Shown: in pieces, positions 56,933-64,000 of the stretch
Numbering within the stretch: the first letter of the stretch is position 1
Layout: each line of letters starts with the position of its first letter
Virus record (IMG/VR): IMGVR_UViG_3300009545_000004
Span: 5,560 to 69,559 of that record
Direction: 5' to 3' (one strand)
DNA length: 64,000 nucleotides
DNA from: a virus
Notes under the pieces: model-generated
The model's database searches: none
Seen by the model: the letters and a program-made list of their open reading frames with translations, nothing else
Told to the model about the DNA's origin: nothing
Program-made: the position numbers and the translations under genes

Positions 56933-59900
56933 ATGGCAAAACAATGGGCCGACATCGCGAAGTCCCCCGACTTCGCGAGCCTTGCCGACGACGACAAGGA
57001 CACCGTTCGCCAGGCGTTCTTCGATAAGGTCGTCGCGCCCGAGCTGGCGCCCGATCAGATCGACACGACGCGCTCGCGCTTCTATGGCGCCTCGGGCTAC
57101 GGCAAGCACGCGCTGCCGGCCGACATGAAGCCGTCCGACGCCGGCCCGGGTCGCGGCAGCGGCGACGCGCGCTACCAGCCGCCGCTGGCCGACACCACGG
57201 CACCCGCTCCGGCGGCGCCCGCAGCACCCGCCTCGGTCGGCCTGGCCGGCCCGCGTGGCCGCTTCGGCGGCACCTGGAGCGGCGTCGACGCGACCCCCGA
57301 CAGCGGCTCGGTGCTCGATCGCGTGACGCAGCAGCCGACACGCAACCCGGCCGGCGACGGCGCGCTCTCTGACGACTTCATCGCGGCCTTCCGCTCGAAG
57401 CTCGCCGAGGCGCCGCCCGAAAAGCGCCTGGCCGCGCTGCAGGCCTACGCCGCGAGCCCCGGCATCTACGGCCGCGCCGCCCAGTCGATCCTGGCCGACG
57501 TGAACCGCCAGAACGCCACCCCGATCAACCCGGACGACGAGGCGCTGGCCGGCAAGCTGATCAACGCGCCGCACGTGGTGCCCGCGCCGCAGCCGCAGCC
57601 GCTGGCTCCCGCGCAGTCCGTGCTGGCACGCGACACGGCGCGCTTCCCCGACATCACGCCGACCTATGGCGACGTGATGGACCGCACCACGCCCGAGGAC
57701 ATCGCCAAGCGCCGCGACCTGGCCGCCGGCCTCGGCGACGAGCGCGCCAAGCAGGCGCTCGAAGACCCGCAGAAGGGCCTCGACGACATCGAGAGCGCCC
57801 GCCGCCAGCGCTGGGCCGAGGCGCACCCGATCGCCAGTGCGTTCGGCTCGGGCGGCGCGCAGGCCATGAGTCTGCTGAACGCGCCGGCTGCGGCCTCGGA
57901 ATGGCTCAACACGATTGCCGTCAACCCGGTGCTGACGAACCTCGGCTTCAAGGCGCTCGCGCGTACCGCCAACGTGCCCGGCACCGAGTACTTCGCCCGC
58001 GCCGCAGCCGACTACATGCCAGCGGCGGCCGGCGGTGGCGGCGACAAGGGCATGAAGGAGGCCTGGGACAACGACAAGTTCATCCCGTGGCTGACCATCA
58101 ACATGGCCGCGCAGGCGCCGCAGATGGGCCAGCAGTTGCTCGCGGCGATGGCACCCGAGCTGCGTGCGGTGATGCTGCCCGCGATGGGCGCGCAGCAGGC
58201 CGGCAGCAGCTACCAGCAGGGCGACAGCGGCACGGCCGCAGTGACGAAGGGCGGCATCGAGTGGGCCACCGAGCACCTGCCGTTGCACGTCTTCGACAAG
58301 CTGAAGGACGCGCTCAAGGCGCTTCCCGAACCGCTGCGCGGCGCGGCCATCACCGAGACGTTCAAACGCCTGATCGCTGGCGGCGGCGCGATCACGGCGT
58401 CGGCGCTGGCCGAGGGCGGCGAGGAAGTGGCCTCGCAGTTCGGCCAGAACATCGTCGACAAGTACGTGCAGAAGCAGGACACGCCGCTGACGAAAGACCT
58501 GGCGTCGTCCGGTTTGCTCGGCGCGGCGATGGGTGTCAGCATGTCCGGGCCGCACCTGGTGCACATCGCCAAGGGCCACGAGACGGCCGGCCCGGCGCGC
58601 GAAATCGCCGCCGCGATCGACGCCGCGAACCTGCGCAACCCGACGCCCTGGCAAGTGGCCGACATCGCAGGGTTTCACGTGGAGCCGGTGCTGGCCGACG
58701 AGCCGCCCGACATGCAGCGCAAGCAGCGCGACAAGGTGTTCGAAGGCCTCGCCTCGCAGTACGGCGTCAATCCCAACGCGGTGAAGGAGGCCAAGAAAAC
58801 GGCCGCCGGCATGCCGCTCTACGACGTGGGCCCGTTCTACAAGCGCTTCATCGGCGCGCTCGATGCGCGCGGCGGCGTGGCCGGCCATGTCGACCCGCAC
58901 GCACTCAACACGCTCGACGCCGCACCGGCCGTTGCACCCCCGCCGGTCGACCCGGCCACCGCGCCGCTGTCGGCCAAGGAGCTGAACCGCATCGAGGTGC
59001 TCGGCCGCAAGGCCCGCGGGGCGCCCGCCACCACGATCAAGGACTTGGACGGCAACACCATCCAGGTCGCCGCGCAGGAACCCCAGCCGCTGACGCACGA
59101 CGAGGCGCGCGAGTTCCTCGGCCTGATGGAGCGCATGCGTGGTGCCGAATCTGGCACCGAAGTGACGACAGGGGCCCCAAAAGAGACGACAGGGGCCCAG
59201 GAAGAGACGAAACCCCCGGAATCCGAGACGAATCAGGCCGCGGAAGTGACGACGCCGGCTCCCGCGCCCGCCACCCCGCAGGACGCCGCGGTTGACCGCA
59301 TCGCCGAGCTGTTCGGCAAGAAGCCCGCGGAAGTCACACCGAGCGACATCGCCGCGCACGACTCGGCCACCTCTCCGACCAACGATCGCCCCGAGCCGAC
59401 CGACGCGCAGAAGGACGCCGGCAACTACAAGATGGGGCACCTGAAGCTCGGCGTGCTGAACCAGTCCGTCGAGAACGCGCAGGGCAGCGAGCGCAAGTCG
59501 AAGACCGACGCGCCGGAGCAGTGGACATCGGAGATGGTGGGCGGCCACTACGGCTACCTGGTGGGCATCAAGGGCCGCGACGGCCAGCCCCTGAAGGGCA
59601 TGGACAAGGAGCGCATGGACGTGCTGTCCAAGCCCGACACGCCCGAGAACTACGACGGCGTGGCCTTCGTCGTCGACCAGGTGAAGGAGGACGGCACGCC
59701 CGACGAGCACAAGGTGCTGGTGGGCTACGACAACGAGGCCGAGGCGAAGGCCGCGTACCTCTCGAACTACCCGAAGGGCTGGAAGGGCCTCGGCCACATC
59801 AGCACGACGACGATGGACGGCCTGCACACCTGGCTGACCACCGGCGACACCTCGAAGCCGTTCTACCAGCCCGCTGCCGCGCCGGCCGAGGCACCCGCGG

Positions 59901-62900
59901 CCCGCGTCATGGGCTACGCCGGCCCCACGCCGAAGAGCAAGAGCGCCATCGAGCTGCGACCGAACGAGGACGGCACGCTGACCCCCTGGCATGAGGGCCA
60001 CGAGCTGCTCGACTTCGACTCGGGCGATCCGGTGCGCGTGCCCGCCGCCGCGACGAATGCGCAGGCCGCCGACGCGATCCGCGCGGCCGGCTCCTTCGGC
60101 AAGTCGATGAAGCTCTACGGCGTCGAGGAGGACGCGCCGGCCGCGAATGCAAGCAGTCCCCAGGGCGTGACGTCGCCCATGTCGGCGCCCCCAGGGAAAT
60201 CATCCGCTGCGACGCCAGCCTCCACCGAGGAGGAGCGGACGAAAGTGCCTGCGCCGGCTCCCGCGTCGTCCACTGCGCCGAGCGTGGCCGACATCCACGC
60301 GATGGCGGACCAGAAGGGCATCAAGTGGAGCCGCGACCGGAAGTTCATGGCGCTGAGCAAGCTGATCACCGGCAAGCCGCACCTGGACGATCTGAACGCG
60401 GCGGAGCGGCATGCGGTGTTCGAGCGCCTGAGCCGCGAGCCCGACAAGGCGCCCGAGCCAGCGCCGATCAACGGCGAGAAGGCGACCCGCGACGAAGTGG
60501 TGGCGCAGCTCGAAGCCGGCGGCAAGGTGATGCGCTTCGGCGAGGTGACGTGGATCGAATACAGCGACGCACGCGACACGTGGGTCGTCAAGAAGCAGTC
60601 GGATGGTGCGACCACGACGGTCGGCCCGGCCGGTGGGCGTCCGGGCCAGGAAAAGCAGGCCGCCATCGAGCGCGCGATCGTCTCGTGGGATTTCGGGGCA
60701 GGCGAACCCGCCATCGCCGACGTAGCCAAGCGCACGGGCGTCCCGCTCGACTGGCTCGAAACCCGCAAGCACGCGCTGACCGAGGGCTGGAGCGACGCGA
60801 AGATTCGAGCGCAACACGCCTGGGAGCTTGCCGATCGCAACGTCAAGGCGGCCTACAAGTACAAGCCGACCGGCTACGACAAGCAGGAGGAAATCAAGTC
60901 TCAGCTCGTTACCGAGTTCGGCGGCGAGGCCGCCGTGGCGAAGCGGCCGACTGCGTTCGCGATGGAGCTGGCGAAGCGCTTCAACGCCGAGGCCGATCGC
61001 GTCAACGCAGCCGCCGAGACGCCGGGCACGCTGGAAAACGCGCGGGCCGAACGCGATGACGCGAAGAAGGCGGACGAGCGCATGGGCCACATGCACAAGG
61101 CCAATCTGGAAGAAATCAGCCTGGCCGCCGAAGAGCTGAAGCGAATGGAGCGGCAGGGCCGGCTCACCGACGAGGACCAGCAGGCCATCCTCGACATCGA
61201 GCGCACCTCGAAGGACTCATACGAGACGGCCTGGCGCCTGCACAAGCTGCTGCAATCGAAGAAGGCCGCCGGCAACGACACGCTGCCGGTCGGCAACCGG
61301 GGCGAGGCCGCCAACGAGGCGGCACCTGCCGCGCAGAAGCCGGCCGACGACGACCTGGGCGCGATGTTCGACGAGCTGCTGGCCGAAGAGACAGCCGCCG
61401 CCGCGCCACCGGCACCCGCGCCGGCGCCGCGCAAGCCCGCGACGCCGCAGGTGCCCAACGAGCCGGGCACGAAGTACGTGCTGCCGAGCTTCGTCACCCA
61501 GCAGCAGCGCAAGAAGAGCCAGCCAGGCGAGCGCACCGCGACGCAGGCCGCCGCGAGCGCCGCGCTCAACAGCGCCAAGGCCCTCGGCAACGCGATCGAC
61601 GGCCTCGGCGAGCTGTTCGGCGGCCCTGGCAAGCTGGGATCTGGCCCGGCCTTCGACGAGAAGACCTACGCCAAGGCCAAGCCGTATTTCCAGGCGGCCA
61701 TCGCCAACCTGCAGGACGCCGGCAGCGACATCCGCGAGGCGATGCGCGCCGTCATCAAGCTGGTTCTCGACAAGTTCGGCGCGGACACGGCCGCCCGGAT
61801 GCGGCCCTACGTGATCCGTTTCGTGGAAGAGATGCGCAACAATGCGCAGCAGCAGCAGCAGGAGCAGCAGCAGCAGGAGCCGACGAATGAACCAGGCCGA
61901 CGCGACCCTCGCGCAGTGGACAATGGCCAAGAGCCGGGAAATCAGCCAGGAGTGGCCGATGGGGGGCATGGCGGAGCAGGATCTGATCGACACCTGGCGC
62001 CGACGCCGGCCGAAGATGGTCGCGCGCCTGGAGCGGCTGAAGATCCTTCAGGAAATGGCCCACGTCCTGTGGAACCTGAAGGCGGACGCGGCGCACGCCT
62101 ACCGGAAGGCGGGGATGGGGCCAACGGACGCCCGGGAGCAGGCGGAACGGGAGTGGCTGCTGAACGAGCCGGAGACCGAGGACTCGCCCGAAGTGGACCC
62201 GCTCGATCAAATTACCACGTTGCCGACCCCGAGCAACTGATCGGCGGCACGCCGAAGGTTCGTTTCGCCCGCAACCGGGCCGCCATCGAGGCGCTGAACG
62301 CGCTGCAGGCCGAGGGCCGCGCGCCCACGCCGACCGAACTCGACGCGATGGCCAGCTACATCGGCTGGGGCTCGTTCGGCCAGGAACTCTTCAACGGGAG
62401 CTGGGACCGCCCGGCGCCCAAAGCCGCGTGGGAGAAGGAAGACGCCTGGCTGCGCGAGCACCTCGGCAAGGAAGCCTGGCAGGCGGCGCAGAACTCCATC
62501 ATCAATGCCCACTACACCGACCCGATCACGGTCGGCACGATGTGGGACATGGTGCGCGCGCTCGGCTTCACCGGCGGCCGGGTGCTGGAGCCGAGCCTCG
62601 GCATCGGCAACTTCTACGGGATGATGCCGCGCGACCTGATGGCGCAGAGCCAGCTCACCGGCATCGAACTCGATCCCACCACGGGCGCGATGGCGCAGTA
62701 CCTCTACCCCGAGGCGAACATCCAGATCAAGGGCTACCAGGACAGCAAGACGGCGGACGGCTTCTATGACCTGGTGATCGGCAACTGGCCGTTCGCGAAG
62801 GACGGGCCGCCCGGGGATCGGCGCTACGCCAAGCTCAACCCGTCGCTGCACGACTACTTTTTCCTGAAGGCGCTCGATCAGACGCGGCCGGGCGGCATCG

Positions 62901-64000
62901 TCATCGGTGTCACCAGCGCCGGCACGATGGACAAGAAGGGCCGCGCGACGCGCATGGAGCTGGCGAAGAAGGGCGAGCTGCTGGGCGCCTTCCGCCTGCC
63001 CTCCGGGGCCTTCGAGAAGTACGCCGGCACGTCCGTCGTGACCGACATCCTGGTGTTTCGCAAGCGCGAGGCGCCGCTGGCCGATGTCACGAAGGAGCCC
63101 TTCATCAACCTCGGCGAGCACATGACGCCGGCCGGCTCGACGATCCACGTCAACGAGTACCTGCTGGCGCACCCCGAGAACGTGCTCGGCACGCTCAACT
63201 TCGGCAGCGGGTCGACCTACGGGCGCCCTTCGATGATCGTGGACCGCCCGGCCAACCTGCAGGAGCGCATGGGCGAGCTGGCTGCGCGCATGCCGAGCGA
63301 CGGCTACCAGCAGCGCGAGAACAGCGTCGACACGCAGCACTTCATCACGAACAACACCAGCGACCGCCAGGGTGCGATCACGCTGGACGACAAGGGCGGC
63401 CTCTTCGTCGTCAACGGCGAGCACCTGATCCCGCTCGAACAGGCCGTCAAGTACAAGCTGAAGGACGCCGCGAAGACCAAGGCGCGCGAGCAGCAGCTCA
63501 AGGAACTCGTCGGCATCCGCCGCGCCTATGGCGCGCTGATCGATGCCGAGCGCGCCGCCGCCGACAACGTGGAGACGCTGCGCACCGCGCTGCGCGAGAA
63601 GTACCAGGCCTTCGTCGCCGCGCACGGCCCCATTGCCGACTCGCAGGGCCTCGCGATCCTGGATCGCGCCAAGGACCCATTCCACTCGACGCTCGACGCG
63701 CTGGAGCACAACGGCAAGCCGGCGCGTGTCTTCACCGAGTCGACGGTGCGCGGCAAGAAGCGCTCGGCCACGCCCAGCGTGCGCGAGGCCTTCGTCGCCG
63801 CGCGCAACGAAAGCCTGCAGATCGACCCCGAGAAGATCGCTGCCGCCGCCCGCAAGAGCGTGGCCGACACCGTGGCCGAACTCGAAAAGTCCGATGCGAT
63901 CTTCAAGACGCCGGTCGGCAACTACGAGGTCAGCGATGTCTACCTGTCGGGCAATGTGCGGCGCAAGCTGCGCGAGGTGCAGGACGCGCTCGCCGCGGGC
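56933..64000 (+). CDS. Giant DarB-like polyvalent virion protein (InPase + N6-adenine MTase), 3'-truncated by the window
   Basis: ATG at 56933 is in frame with InPase PTDAQKDAGNYKMGH..DEHKVLVGY (~59351-59863) and MTase NAHYT, VLEPSLGIGNF, GNWPF, LHDYFF (~62243-63070). Absent from the ORF track, consistent with no in-window stop. Confidence 0.88.
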   Translation, partial: MAKQWADIAKSPDFASLADDDKDTVRQAFFDKVVAPELAPDQIDTTRSRFYGASGYGKHALPADMKPSDAGPGRGSGDARYQPPLADTTAPAPAAPAAPASVGLAGPRGRFGGTWSGVDATPDSGSVLDRVTQQPTRNPAGDGALSDDFIAAFRSKLAEAPPEKRLAALQAYAASPGIYGRAAQSILADVNRQNATPINPDDEALAGKLINAPHVVPAPQPQPLAPAQSVLARDTARFPDITPTYGDVMDRTTPEDIAKRRDLAAGLGDERAKQALEDPQKGLDDIESARRQRWAEAHPIASAFGSGGAQAMSLLNAPAAASEWLNTIAVNPVLTNLGFKALARTANVPGTEYFARAAADYMPAAAGGGGDKGMKEAWDNDKFIPWLTINMAAQAPQMGQQLLAAMAPELRAVMLPAMGAQQAGSSYQQGDSGTAAVTKGGIEWATEHLPLHVFDKLKDALKALPEPLRGAAITETFKRLIAGGGAITASALAEGGEEVASQFGQNIVDKYVQKQDTPLTKDLASSGLLGAAMGVSMSGPHLVHIAKGHETAGPAREIAAAIDAANLRNPTPWQVADIAGFHVEPVLADEPPDMQRKQRDKVFEGLASQYGVNPNAVKEAKKTAAGMPLYDVGPFYKRFIGALDARGGVAGHVDPHALNTLDAAPAVAPPPVDPATAPLSAKELNRIEVLGRKARGAPATTIKDLDGNTIQVAAQEPQPLTHDEAREFLGLMERMRGAESGTEVTTGAPKETTGAQEETKPPESETNQAAEVTTPAPAPATPQDAAVDRIAELFGKKPAEVTPSDIAAHDSATSPTNDRPEPTDAQKDAGNYKMGHLKLGVLNQSVENAQGSERKSKTDAPEQWTSEMVGGHYGYLVGIKGRDGQPLKGMDKERMDVLSKPDTPENYDGVAFVVDQVKEDGTPDEHKVLVGYDNEAEAKAAYLSNYPKGWKGLGHISTTTMDGLHTWLTTGDTSKPFYQPAAAPAEAPAARVMGYAGPTPKSKSAIELRPNEDGTLTPWHEGHELLDFDSGDPVRVPAAATNAQAADAIRAAGSFGKSMKLYGVEEDAPAANASSPQGVTSPMSAPPGKSSAATPASTEEERTKVPAPAPASSTAPSVADIHAMADQKGIKWSRDRKFMALSKLITGKPHLDDLNAAERHAVFERLSREPDKAPEPAPINGEKATRDEVVAQLEAGGKVMRFGEVTWIEYSDARDTWVVKKQSDGATTTVGPAGGRPGQEKQAAIERAIVSWDFGAGEPAIADVAKRTGVPLDWLETRKHALTEGWSDAKIRAQHAWELADRNVKAAYKYKPTGYDKQEEIKSQLVTEFGGEAAVAKRPTAFAMELAKRFNAEADRVNAAAETPGTLENARAERDDAKKADERMGHMHKANLEEISLAAEELKRMERQGRLTDEDQQAILDIERTSKDSYETAWRLHKLLQSKKAAGNDTLPVGNRGEAANEAAPAAQKPADDDLGAMFDELLAEETAAAAPPAPAPAPRKPATPQVPNEPGTKYVLPSFVTQQQRKKSQPGERTATQAAASAALNSAKALGNAIDGLGELFGGPGKLGSGPAFDEKTYAKAKPYFQAAIANLQDAGSDIREAMRAVIKLVLDKFGADTAARMRPYVIRFVEEMRNNAQQQQQEQQQQEPTNEPGRRDPRAVDNGQEPGNQPGVADGGHGGAGSDRHLAPTPAEDGRAPGAAEDPSGNGPRPVEPEGGRGARLPEGGDGANGRPGAGGTGVAAERAGDRGLARSGPARSNYHVADPEQLIGGTPKVRFARNRAAIEALNALQAEGRAPTPTELDAMASYIGWGSFGQELFNGSWDRPAPKAAWEKEDAWLREHLGKEAWQAAQNSIINAHYTDPITVGTMWDMVRALGFTGGRVLEPSLGIGNFYGMMPRDLMAQSQLTGIELDPTTGAMAQYLYPEANIQIKGYQDSKTADGFYDLVIGNWPFAKDGPPGDRRYAKLNPSLHDYFFLKALDQTRPGGIVIGVTSAGTMDKKGRATRMELAKKGELLGAFRLPSGAFEKYAGTSVVTDILVFRKREAPLADVTKEPFINLGEHMTPAGSTIHVNEYLLAHPENVLGTLNFGSGSTYGRPSMIVDRPANLQERMGELAARMPSDGYQQRENSVDTQHFITNNTSDRQGAITLDDKGGLFVVNGEHLIPLEQAVKYKLKDAAKTKAREQQLKELVGIRRAYGALIDAERAAADNVETLRTALREKYQAFVAAHGPIADSQGLAILDRAKDPFHSTLDALEHNGKPARVFTESTVRGKKRSATPSVREAFVAARNESLQIDPEKIAAAARKSVADTVAELEKSDAIFKTPVGNYEVSDVYLSGNVRRKLREVQDALAAG
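61887..62240 (+). CDS. Nested +1-frame gene (117 aa) inside the giant ORF
   Basis: AGGAG 7 nt upstream; globular-looking helical sequence while the main frame is a low-complexity linker. Confidence 0.6.
   Translation: MNQADATLAQWTMAKSREISQEWPMGGMAEQDLIDTWRRRRPKMVARLERLKILQEMAHVLWNLKADAAHAYRKAGMGPTDAREQAEREWLLNEPETEDSPEVDPLDQITTLPTPSN

Noticed and set aside
36582-63709. Long minus-strand ORFs (827, 784, 713, 1024, 500 aa)
   Set aside because: Antisense shadows of GC-rich genes with no recognisable motifs

Overview
The whole window is phage DNA: a GC-rich temperate podophage with Bcep22/BcepIL02-like organisation, probably infecting a betaproteobacterium. It is present in excised or circularly permuted form, because an intact attP (3' half of tRNA-Cys, IHF sites, arm repeats) has phage genes on both sides. 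Gene order: C-terminus of a giant virion protein; lysis genes; a cargo island (ParA + RelA/SpoT synthetase, SLOG, HEPN-like protein, SIR2); attP/int/xis; leftward recombination operon (NinB, PD-(D/E)xK nuclease, ERF); a control region with Cro but no CI; replication genes (initiator, DnaB, RusA); small accessory operons; terminases; portal; a moron-rich gap; scaffold; N4-gp56-type capsid; tail and ejection proteins; and the start of a >2350-aa DarB-like protein (InPase + N6-adenine methylase). The most unusual signals are: (i) a ParA/alarmone-synthetase operon and HEPN/SIR2 cargo with integron-cassette-like scars, stacked in tandem next to a duplicated structured element; (ii) a multi-stem RNA-like element where CI should be, plus a dispersed asymmetric CTACTCCACT motif; (iii) duplicated sRNA-like elements with anti-SD loops anchored to copies of the portal 3' end; (iv) a tRNA(CAU) anticodon-loop mimic beside a 41-aa ORF; (v) a gene nested in the +1 frame of the giant protein. 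All family calls are by-eye motif recognition. No searches or folding programs were run.
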